Shown one piece after another: positions 40,824-49,189 of a stretch of 64,000 nucleotides of DNA (within the stretch, counting starts at the first letter, position 1; every line of letters begins with the position of its first letter). The position numbers were made by a program, and so were the translations under genes. The DNA is from a plasmid, in the sequence record NZ_CP120537.1; one strand, 5' to 3'. Below the pieces are notes generated by a model that saw only the letters and a list, made by a program, of their open reading frames with translations, made no database searches and was not told the DNA's origin.

Positions 40824-41390
40824 ATGAGAAAAATCAACATAAGCTTAAACGACTGTTTTGGTGAAAAAATCAAAATGATTAGAGAGCGAGAAAAAAATTT
40901 TTCTCCAGATATTAATTGGTTTTCTAAAATGGATATTGAACGTTTAGATACATATATGACAAAATTTCAATTCAATTCATTTGAAGAAATTCCTCAAGAT
41001 ATGTCTAATTTTTCATACCCACCTTTTGAGGAAATTAATTTCGAATTACCATCGCTACTCAAGCCTGAACATATAGCTAAACTTCCTCTTCAACATCAGA
41101 AAAAACCAATAATAATAGAAGTAGACGGGCTTCTTTTTTTAAAAAACCTTGGGAAAGGTGCTTTTTGTATAGACCCTCGCCGTTGGCACAGAATTAAAAC
41201 TTACATAGCCCAAGGGAATGTAACTTATCCTGAAGGGTTAAATGATGAGTTTGGTGTTTTTGATGGCCGTCACAGAACTCTTCTATTGATGCAATTATAT
41301 AAGCGCAGATTTGTGCCTGTTGTCGTAGATGAAAAACAGTCTAAAGAATTTATAGCGGCTGCAAAACGATTGAAAGCGCTAAAATTCTAA
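40824..41390 (+). CDS. stand-alone ParB/Srx-like nuclease-domain protein
   Basis: C-terminal IIIEVDG...FDGRHRTLLLMQL...VPVVV matches the ParBc core (DGxHR). Confidence 0.5.
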   Translation: MRKINISLNDCFGEKIKMIREREKNFSPDINWFSKMDIERLDTYMTKFQFNSFEEIPQDMSNFSYPPFEEINFELPSLLKPEHIAKLPLQHQKKPIIIEVDGLLFLKNLGKGAFCIDPRRWHRIKTYIAQGNVTYPEGLNDEFGVFDGRHRTLLLMQLYKRRFVPVVVDEKQSKEFIAAAKRLKALKF

Positions 41391-41440
41391 ATTTTGATAG
41401 ATATGATGTTAGGATTTCCGAGTTTTTAGTTCCACTAATT

Positions 41441-41478
41441 GGGGCCCGCTTGGAAAACAGAAAATATCCTACGTTAAG
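41441..41478 (+). repeat. 38-bp Tn3-family terminal inverted repeat (Tn1721-like), outer end facing left
   Basis: GGGGCCCGCTTGGAAAACAGAAAATATCCTACGTTAAG; a near-identical copy lies at 47409-47446. Confidence 0.5.
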
Positions 41479-41576
41479 GTTATGTTATATACAAATTGAT
41501 ATCAACTCTAGTTCCAACAAGTTTAAAAACTACAGTGGTAAAGAAAAATGCGTTCCCATTTTTAAGAGGCTAAAAG

Positions 41577-43307
41577 ATGTCAGTAATAAGAGCAATAACA
41601 ATACAGAATTTTAGAAGCATAAAAGAGTTTAAGTGGCATCCAAAACCTGGGCTTAACTGTATAATTGGCCCAGGTGACACGGGAAAATCCACAATTCTAG
41701 ATGCTATAGACTTAGCGCTCGGAGCGAGACGAAGTTATAATTTTACTGATGCTGATTTTCATGGTCTAAATACTCAAGAGCCTATCGTGATAACAGTCAC
41801 TATCGGTTGCCTAGATGGTGAGCTCATGAATATTGATAAATACGGCTTTTTTCTTCGTGGTTTTAACCACACATCACTTGAAATACACGATGAACCACAA
41901 CCGGGTGATGAAACAGTTCTTACCATTAAACTAATAGTTGATCAGGATTTATACCCAGACTGGCGCTTGTACTCAGAAAGAGCAGAAAGTGAAGGTTTAG
42001 AGAAGCGTCTGCAATGGAAGCATAAAGAGTTACTAAGCCCAGCTAGACTTGGAACTACTACATATCAACACCTCGCTTGGGGTAACAGCTCTATCCTCAA
42101 TAAACTCTCAGAAGATACCCTCGATGTTTCAGCAACACTTGCAGAATTAGGAAGACAAACTAGACAACACTTCGCAGATCAGCAAGTTGATGGTGTTAAT
42201 GATGTTCTATTAAAAGTACAAAAAATCGCAAATGGATTGGGAGTACCAGTCGGTAAACTTAAAGCGCTATTAGATGTCAATGGAGTATCCCTTTCAAACG
42301 GCGCTATAAGCCTTCACAATGATGACAATACCCCTTTACGTCAACTAGGCACTGGCTCATCTAGATTGCTTATTAGTGGGTTACAAAAGGCTGCAAGCAA
42401 ATCAAACATTATTTTAGTTGATGAAGCAGAATATGGGCTAGAACCATATAGAATAACTCGTTTGCTAAATGAGTTAGGTTCCAAAGATACACAGCCAACT
42501 CAGCAGGTGTTCATTACTACACATTCACCATATGTTCTCCGAGAGCTACAGGCTCAACAATTAAATGTATTAAGAAAAGTATCTTTAGCTACTCAAGTTT
42601 TTGGTAATACCCAAGAATCTCATAAACTTCATAGCCTTGAAGGAAACGATGAGCAACAATCGACTTTGCGTGCTTGCGCTGAATCATTCTTCAGTAAAGC
42701 TGTAATCGTTTGTGAAGGTAAAACAGAAATTGGATATGTTCGAGGAATTGATCTTCACAATCAAAGCACGAATTACCGTAGTATTAACGCATGTGGTGTC
42801 CATTGTGCCGATGGCGGTGGAGATAGCATGTTCGTAAGAGCGGAAATTTTTGCTCAATTAGGTTATCCCACCGCCATATTTAAAGACTCAGACAAAGCTC
42901 AGGAACATGTAGGACCTTCTCAACTGGCTGCGAGTAAAGGCATCGCTATCTATGAGTGGGGTAATAATTCTGCAACTGAAGATGTGCTTTTTATGGCTTG
43001 TCCGGCTCAGGTGATTCCTCAATTACTGGCTATTGCAATTCAGCGAAAAGGCCAAGCAGCAATCGAAGACCATATTATTGCTCACTCACAAAACCAAATA
43101 ACGCTTGATGTTTGTCTAAATCACTTTCAAGAGAGTTATCGAGCGATTTTAGCCAAAGCTGCAAAAAAAAAGTCATGGTTCAAAGATATCGAACCAGCAG
43201 AAACGTTTGCACGGAATGTGATTGCTCCCAATTATGCTCAATTTTCAGAAGCTCTCACAACTACGACTAACCAACTGTTTCGATGGGCTCTAGAGCAAGG
43301 TGATTGA
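41577..43307 (+). CDS. gajA: GajA-like OLD-family ATPase plus TOPRIM nuclease (Gabija component A)
   Basis: 576 aa. N-terminal AAA/ABC ATPase (GPGDTGKST Walker A). C-terminal TOPRIM-like acidic motifs (VCEGKTE; FKDSDKAQE). Confidence 0.7.
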   Translation: MSVIRAITIQNFRSIKEFKWHPKPGLNCIIGPGDTGKSTILDAIDLALGARRSYNFTDADFHGLNTQEPIVITVTIGCLDGELMNIDKYGFFLRGFNHTSLEIHDEPQPGDETVLTIKLIVDQDLYPDWRLYSERAESEGLEKRLQWKHKELLSPARLGTTTYQHLAWGNSSILNKLSEDTLDVSATLAELGRQTRQHFADQQVDGVNDVLLKVQKIANGLGVPVGKLKALLDVNGVSLSNGAISLHNDDNTPLRQLGTGSSRLLISGLQKAASKSNIILVDEAEYGLEPYRITRLLNELGSKDTQPTQQVFITTHSPYVLRELQAQQLNVLRKVSLATQVFGNTQESHKLHSLEGNDEQQSTLRACAESFFSKAVIVCEGKTEIGYVRGIDLHNQSTNYRSINACGVHCADGGGDSMFVRAEIFAQLGYPTAIFKDSDKAQEHVGPSQLAASKGIAIYEWGNNSATEDVLFMACPAQVIPQLLAIAIQRKGQAAIEDHIIAHSQNQITLDVCLNHFQESYRAILAKAAKKKSWFKDIEPAETFARNVIAPNYAQFSEALTTTTNQLFRWALEQGD

Positions 43308-44725
43308 TAATGAGCATAGAAGCAATTTTCGATAATGATGTTGGCTCTATAGTGGCTCCGGCAGGGTGCGGTAAAACCCAGTTGATCACTGATACTCTGG
43401 TGATAAAACCAAACAAGCCATATCTTGTCTTAACTCATACGACGGCAGGTGTAGCCGCTCTAAAACTAAGGTTGAAAAAATTATCTGTCCCAACAAAGAA
43501 CTTCTTTGTTACAACAATAGATGGTTGGGCTTTGAAATTAGCAAAAAACTTTCCTGTTTCATGTCCTATACAAACCTCTCCTGAAAATCCAAAGGCATTC
43601 TATCCAGAGTTAAGAAGAAGTGTTCTTGCGTTACTCCAAAATGGGAACGTAAACGACATTCTAAGAGCATCATATTCACGACTACTTGTTGATGAGTACC
43701 AAGACTGTAACTTGGTGCAACATCAGGTAGTAACAGAGCTATCGTCATTAATTCCGACGACAGTTTTCGGCGATCCGATGCAGTGTATATTTAACTTCGC
43801 AGGAAGGATGCCTGACTGGAACACAGAGGTTCAAGCAAGGTTTCCTCAAATACATGAATTAACAGTACCATGGAGGTGGAATAATGCTGGTTCCCATGGT
43901 CTTGGACAGTGGGTACTCGATTGCCGAAATATATTGATCCAAGGTAATAAAATAGATCTTTCGACATGCCCTGGTTATGTTCACCACAAGCCATTGTCCG
44001 GTGTTGCAAGCACTGACTTACAAGCTCAACAAGCTGCTCAATATGATATTTTTAATAGAGCTCAAAATGAATCTTTGCTCGTAATCGGTGATTCAATAAA
44101 TGCAAGATCTAGGCATAAATATGCTCAAAGTAGTAGGAATATTGATGTCGTTGAGCCAGTGCAACTCGACGATGTAGCTAATGCTGCTCGCTCTTTTGAT
44201 AGTGCGCAAGGCATAGATTTGGTTGATGCCATTCTTACCTACTCGGGTGAGATGATGACCAATGTGCAAAGGCCACAGACCCTACAAAGATTACGCACTA
44301 TTCAAGCAGGGAGAAGTCGAATACCTATCACTTCACTGGAGACTGCTCTCCTCAATGTTCTCCAGAATAGCTCTCGCAATAATATTCTGACGGCTTTGCT
44401 GCAATTAGAGTCTAAACAAGGAGCTAAAGTTTATCGCAAGGCTGCATTTTCAGCGCTGAAAGACACTATTTCACTTTCAAGCTCTATGCCTGACCAGACC
44501 ATATTGGACGCCGCTTCATCAATTCGTGAGCAACTCAGGCTACATGGCGATCGACGAATATCTCGCCGCGCAATTGGATCGACACTGCTACTGAAAGGGC
44601 TAGAGTGTGATCATTCACTAATTCTTAACGCTGATAACATGAATGCACAACATCTATACGTTGCTTTATCAAGAGGGGCAAAATCAACAACTGTTTTTTC
44701 TCAAAGCAACCTGATTGGCCCATAA
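43304..44725 (+). CDS. gajB: GajB-like UvrD/PcrA-type helicase (Gabija component B)
   Basis: 473 aa. APAGCGKTQ Walker A and LLVDEYQD (DEAD-like motif II). ATGA overlap with the upstream gene. Confidence 0.7.
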   Translation: MIMSIEAIFDNDVGSIVAPAGCGKTQLITDTLVIKPNKPYLVLTHTTAGVAALKLRLKKLSVPTKNFFVTTIDGWALKLAKNFPVSCPIQTSPENPKAFYPELRRSVLALLQNGNVNDILRASYSRLLVDEYQDCNLVQHQVVTELSSLIPTTVFGDPMQCIFNFAGRMPDWNTEVQARFPQIHELTVPWRWNNAGSHGLGQWVLDCRNILIQGNKIDLSTCPGYVHHKPLSGVASTDLQAQQAAQYDIFNRAQNESLLVIGDSINARSRHKYAQSSRNIDVVEPVQLDDVANAARSFDSAQGIDLVDAILTYSGEMMTNVQRPQTLQRLRTIQAGRSRIPITSLETALLNVLQNSSRNNILTALLQLESKQGAKVYRKAAFSALKDTISLSSSMPDQTILDAASSIREQLRLHGDRRISRRAIGSTLLLKGLECDHSLILNADNMNAQHLYVALSRGAKSTTVFSQSNLIGP

Positions 44726-45074
44726 CCATTTAATGGGGTGTTTTGACTTAAAGAACGGTTTGTCTGATTGATTCTTAAAACGCTTTTAAAAACATAGCGT
44801 TATAATGGTTTGTTAAAATTAAAAACTTAATATTCAACATACTAATCAACTGAATATTAAGCTTATTTTTAATTTCTTTATTTCATAAATTCAATGCTAT
44901 TAATTTCATCCTCTGTTAAAGGTAGAAATTCTTCCATGCTGTCGGCTACACTGTGTGCATAAGCACTAATATCCTCTTCATCGACTTCACCTAAGCTATT
45001 CCTCATGCTCTCTGCAAACTCTTCGATATTATTGATAATATTAGCATGCAAGCTCGGATCTGCTTTAATAGCGG

Positions 45075-45223
45075 GGTTCAGTGATGAGGGGAAACAGGTT
45101 AACTCAGTAGAGTTTTGGGTGCTTGGGGAGAGAAAACAATTTAGTGAAGTAATCAAACAGCACCATCTTTGTGGTCAGTTCGATGAAAATTTGCCACACT
45201 ATACGTTGTTGCTATCACGTTAG
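45075..45223 (+). pseudogene. 3' fragment of a paralogue of the 40084-40704 gene
   Basis: About 85% nucleotide identity to 40556-40704, including the stop. Confidence 0.5.
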
Positions 45224-45391
45224 GATGTATCATATCTACAGCGTCATACACTTTAGGTAATAAACGCTCACGTTTGCGATTGGCTAAAAAATCGTAATAG
45301 CGGATCATCTTAAAATGCCGTGGTGGGTATAGAATGGGATTCCTGCGTAGAACCCATTCTGATTTATTTATAGCATAGAATAATGTAGAAT

Positions 45392-45907
45392 TTATTGTGT
45401 TGTATTCGAAGGTTTTTTACATCCTAGTTCTATAAGTGCATCAGTAATAAATGGAAATGCTGGTTGTTGCCATGGATTAATATAATTTGGTTTTAGGCTT
45501 GTTACTTCAAATTTTGTTTTATTTTTATTGTCATAAACCCATCTCTTTGTCGTATTTATTTCTTCATACTTATCAATCTGATATTTGATGTTATCAAGAA
45601 TATCTTTTAATGAGATGGATGGACAGTTCCCTGTTCCTTTTGTTACGTACTGCTGCGCCGCTTCCAAAAATCCCAAACAGTGAGAGTATTCGTTGCTTGA
45701 ACCTTTTTGGGCTCCATTATTACAAATTTTGACCAAATCTTGAATTGATGGTGCTGCATAATAGGTGGCTTTTGGTGTATCTATGTACTTGCTGATGTCA
45801 CCGAATAGTTGAGAGTCAATAATTGATGTGTTTTTACTTAATACTATTGAAGGAAAAAAAAACATCGAAAATAAAATATAACTAATTGATATGTTAGGTT
45901 TAAGCAT
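45392..45907 (-). CDS. secreted hypothetical protein
   Basis: Signal peptide, AT-rich, 171 aa, several Cys. Confidence 0.4.
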   Translation of the reverse strand: MLKPNISISYILFSMFFFPSIVLSKNTSIIDSQLFGDISKYIDTPKATYYAAPSIQDLVKICNNGAQKGSSNEYSHCLGFLEAAQQYVTKGTGNCPSISLKDILDNIKYQIDKYEEINTTKRWVYDNKNKTKFEVTSLKPNYINPWQQPAFPFITDALIELGCKKPSNTTQ

Positions 45908-46507
45908 AATTTTATTTATCCCAATAAGTGAGATGGTGTTAGAAAAACTCTTTCTTAACTGAAGGTATACAATGTTAATCTAAAAATGCACAGTATAACA
46001 TGGAGTTGGATTTTTACCGTACATGGCTAGGAATCTATGGTCACTCCTTTTTTGCAACACAGATTTTGAAGATATTGTTGGCTTGCATGAATCTATACGG
46101 CGTCTGAATCCGCACCTAATGAACCTTGTAAAATTGAGCTGCATTGGCTCCTGAGGGCCAATGGAACGAAAACGTACGCTAATTAGTGTACGTTTTCCGA
46201 ATGGTTGGCAGTTATCGCAGCTACCCTGTCACTGCCCCCTGAATTGTTTGTCACTTAGACATTAATGAGTGTCAATTTTGTTTAATCCCATGCCCGTTTG
46301 GTGAATAGGGTTAACATTTTTCGTGATTTGACTGACATGATGACCTGGACGAAAAGGAATGTGATTTTTTATTTATAGTCAATGTGTCCACTAATTCATT
46401 GAAATCGTGCGATTAAATACATCTAGATAGAGTGTGAAAATGCAAATTAGACTTCACTCGAACATTGAGAGTCGAAAAACGGACAGAAAATCGATTCTGC
46501 GTTATGA

Positions 46508-46757
46508 GGGGTTTGAAGCCTAACCGTACGAGATCGTACGCTAAGTTTATTTTTTTAGCGGGTTTGGCGAGTAAAGAAAACGAGGGTTTTGTTTACTCTT
46601 TTCATTGATGGCAGTATCCATCAGTTTCAGACACTTCCGACGTTAATAAACTCGGTAATCAAAGTAAATCTATTCGACAACATAACGGCTTTATAGACTT
46701 AAAATCATATAGTTACTTCCTTAACGTACGTTTCCGCACGGTTAGGCTTCAAACCCC
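46508..46757. mobile_element. Tn3-derived inverted-repeat miniature element (about 250 bp)
   Basis: 38-bp GGGGTTTGAAGCCTAACCGT...TAAG-type inverted repeats at 46508-46545 and 46720-46757, no ORF inside. A degenerate abutting IR pair lies at 46160-46205. Confidence 0.45.
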
Positions 46758-46807
46758 GATTAAGGTCCCATCAATGAGAAATATGCATAAAAAAAACATC
46801 AAATTAA

Positions 46808-46845
46808 TGGTGTCGGATTTTTCGGCGGTTCCGGCGTGGAACCCC
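46808..46845 (-). repeat. Tn3-family-like terminal IR, type B (GGGGTTCCACGCCGGAACC...), outer end facing right
   Basis: Related copies at 47579-47616, 57530-57567 and 59694-59731. Confidence 0.4.
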
Positions 46846-46884
46846 AATCACTAACCGTATGACAAAGACACCCAATCCCTCAAT

Positions 46885-46999
46885 TACCTTTGAAGAAAAA
46901 AATCGTTGGCTGGGTAAATTTACGTTTGCGGCTTTAGTAGCGCTCAAGATGGCGCAATGGGATGGAAAAGCTGCCTGAAACGCCCAGCCTGAAAATCTT
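46885..46999 (+). pseudogene. 5' fragment of a paralogue of the 40084-40704 gene (in-frame stop)
   Basis: Similar to 40105-40220. Lies 40 bp after the type-B IR. Confidence 0.5.
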
Positions 47000-47066
47000 T
47001 TTCTTCTTCCTTAGTTTTGTTATCTTAGCGTATTCTTACCTTACTTAACTTTTTCATGAGGTTTGT

Positions 47067-47375
47067 ATGCGCTATCTTCTAATTTTTCAGATTTATGATC
47101 GTAGTTGTGATATTTACCATGAAGAAATTTTTGAAAGTTTTGAGCCTTTTATGTCATTGCATGTCGGTGATCATGTCAACCCTAATAGCCTTCCCAAATT
47201 AGCTTCATTGGCTGAGACGATTATTCATCCTTTAGGCGGTAAATTTAAGCTCCAAGTTTCTGAGATTGAACATATGTTCCATTCTACTAATGATCTCGAC
47301 AAAGGTGGTTTTGTAGAACATTCTGTTGGAGGGCATACGACTCTAATTACGTTGCAAAAATCGACAGAGGAGTGA
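47067..47375 (+). CDS. hypothetical protein
   Basis: 102-aa ORF. Confidence 0.3.
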   Translation: MRYLLIFQIYDRSCDIYHEEIFESFEPFMSLHVGDHVNPNSLPKLASLAETIIHPLGGKFKLQVSEIEHMFHSTNDLDKGGFVEHSVGGHTTLITLQKSTEE

Positions 47376-47408
47376 AGCACTAAGCAGGGTAAATAAGTAG
47401 GGGTTCGC

Positions 47409-47616
47409 TTGGGAAACGGAAATTATCCTACGTTAAGCTGGTGATGGACAGCACATCAAAGGTACAGATGAACTACTTCTGTCAGCAATATTCAGGATAT
47501 TTTTGGTTTGCGAAATGGATGGAGCGACTGGCTCAGGGGATTGCTGATGGTGTTATCGAGGTTCCGAAAGACCGCTAAAATAGTAGACCGGAAATTCCGG
47601 CGCGGCGTAGAACCCC
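47409..47616. mobile_element. about 208-bp Tn3-derived miniature element (type-A IR at the left, type-B IR at the right)
   Basis: GGGGTTCGCTTGGGAAACGGAAATTATCCTACGTTAAG at 47409-47446 and an inverted GGGGTTCTACGCCGCGCCGGAATTTCC... at 47579-47616. No credible ORF. Confidence 0.4.
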
Positions 47617-47678
47617 ATAACCATAGTCGAACTACAGTAACTTCCTATACACGAGTGCTTCATGCCCCGTTAAGTAGA

Positions 47679-47954
47679 TTAATATTGGCTAAAAATATCT
47701 TGGTGAGAACCCGTTCTCGCTAACTTTAATTCTTGACCAGTAATTTTATAAATTAGTAGCCAATCGCCTTCAATATGAGCATCTCTATATCCTCGCCAAT
47801 TACCTGTTAAAGGGTGGTCTACATAGTCCGCAGGGATCTGTTCTTCCTTTATTAGTAACTCAATTAATACTTTTAGCTTGTTTAAATCCTTCCCTCTTTT
47901 TTTTTGTCGCTTAACATCCGCCTTAAAAGCACTAGAACGAATAGGAGTTAGCAT
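47679..47954 (-). CDS. RelE/YafQ-family toxin
   Basis: 91 aa, with the YafQ-like motif HPLTGNWRGYRDAHIEGDWLLIY. Confidence 0.7.
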   Translation of the reverse strand: MLTPIRSSAFKADVKRQKKRGKDLNKLKVLIELLIKEEQIPADYVDHPLTGNWRGYRDAHIEGDWLLIYKITGQELKLARTGSHQDIFSQY

Positions 47955-48265
47955 CAGATCCCCAAATCATCGAAAAGTGCATTGGTTGAAGAAAATGCTT
48001 TTCCATTCCCTTTTTCTAATTCTTCAATTGCCTCTTTAGTCACAACATTTGGTGTTTTGATATCAAATGGTAGTTTTCCTTCATCGGCAACACGAATCAT
48101 AACCATACGGATAAGATCAGATGTATTTAAGCCCATCTTTGCAAGTGCAGATACAGCTCGTTCTTTGACATCTTGAGAAATTCTAGCTTTAACAGTCGTA
48201 TCAGAAATCATATTATTATCCTCATGTGTTATCACTCTTTTATTGTGTGCCTGATGTGCCCACAA
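47954..48265 (-). CDS. DinJ/RelB-family antitoxin
   Basis: 103 aa, ribbon-helix-helix N-terminus. Upstream of and overlapping the toxin by 1 nt. Confidence 0.7.
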   Translation of the reverse strand: MWAHQAHNKRVITHEDNNMISDTTVKARISQDVKERAVSALAKMGLNTSDLIRMVMIRVADEGKLPFDIKTPNVVTKEAIEELEKGNGKAFSSTNALFDDLGI

Positions 48266-48383
48266 ATCAAGCTTTTTTGAAGTTTATGTTTACTATGGGC
48301 TCTTTTAGGGGGGCTAGCCCACTTCATCGAAAAGCCCAAATTTTGCTCGTAACACATTGATATCATAACTATGGATAAGTCAT

Positions 48384-49028
48384 TTATTTCGCTGCTTTCA
48401 TCGATTTTGATACCTTTGAAATCGTATGTCTTGAACAACCTATCAGGTTTTCTATCTGACTATAGCTTTTCCCTTCCATCAGCAAGCCTTTAATATTTTG
48501 GTGTAATATTTTATTGATCGGGCGACCTTTATATTTTCCTTCTTGTTTGGCTTTTTGCACTCCTTGGGCTTGGCGACGGCGTCTATCCTCATAATCCTTT
48601 CTCGCAATTGCAGCCAGCATGTCTAACATCATACCGTTAAGAGCCGCGAGCATTCGTTCTGTAAACGCATCAGTGCTACTCATAAATTGATAACTGGTTG
48701 GAAGATCTAAAGACACAATCTTTAGCCCTTTATGTCCAATGAGATATTTTAATTTTTCCCAGTCATCCGTATTCAAGCGGCTAATTCTATCCACTTGTTC
48801 AACTAAGATAATATCACCTGCCATGGCCACATTGAGCAAGCGGAAGAGTTCTGGTCGGTGAAGTTGAGCACCCGACTCATTCTCCTCAAACCAGCAGGCA
48901 ATTTGCAGCCCCATTCCTTCCACAAACCTAAGTAGTTCTTTTTTTGCTCTAGACGCATCTTGCTCATGCGTTGATGCGCGAAGATACCCATAAATTCGTG
49001 TATTTGTATTCATTGGTGCACTATACAT
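48384..49028 (-). CDS. tnpR: serine recombinase / resolvase TnpR
   Basis: YLRASTHEQD N-terminal catalytic Ser motif and a C-terminal helix-turn-helix. Divergent from tnpA. Confidence 0.75.
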   Translation of the reverse strand: MYSAPMNTNTRIYGYLRASTHEQDASRAKKELLRFVEGMGLQIACWFEENESGAQLHRPELFRLLNVAMAGDIILVEQVDRISRLNTDDWEKLKYLIGHKGLKIVSLDLPTSYQFMSSTDAFTERMLAALNGMMLDMLAAIARKDYEDRRRRQAQGVQKAKQEGKYKGRPINKILHQNIKGLLMEGKSYSQIENLIGCSRHTISKVSKSMKAAK

Positions 49029-49189
49029 TGGTGTTGTTATGTCAGTGCATTATACATCGGTTTTTCATACTTACTACACTAGAGTTTACTTAGTGAAGTT
49101 AAGGTAGACTTAAATTGCACTTTTATATCGATTACGCGCGCGTCCATTATATGATGTTGTTTATTTTTAGAGGATAGAACATAACCACA
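49029..49189. promoter_or_regulatory. res site / divergent promoter region
   Basis: Repeated subsites tgcactatacattggtg and tgcattatacatcggt between tnpR and tnpA. Confidence 0.4.

Noticed and set aside
44878-45223. ORFs 44878-45156 (-) and 45005-45223 (+)
   Set aside because: The plus ORF is a chimera of junk plus the 3' pseudogene fragment. The minus ORF is partly antisense to that fragment.
46160-46205. A complete second miniature element at the abutting palindrome ggaacgaaaacgtacgctaa|ttagtgtacgttttcc
   Set aside because: Only the inner IR portions are present, with no GGGG outer ends. Recorded as a remnant only.
47508-47723. ORF 47508-47723 (+)
   Set aside because: It spans the right IR of the miniature element and runs antisense into the relE 3' end.
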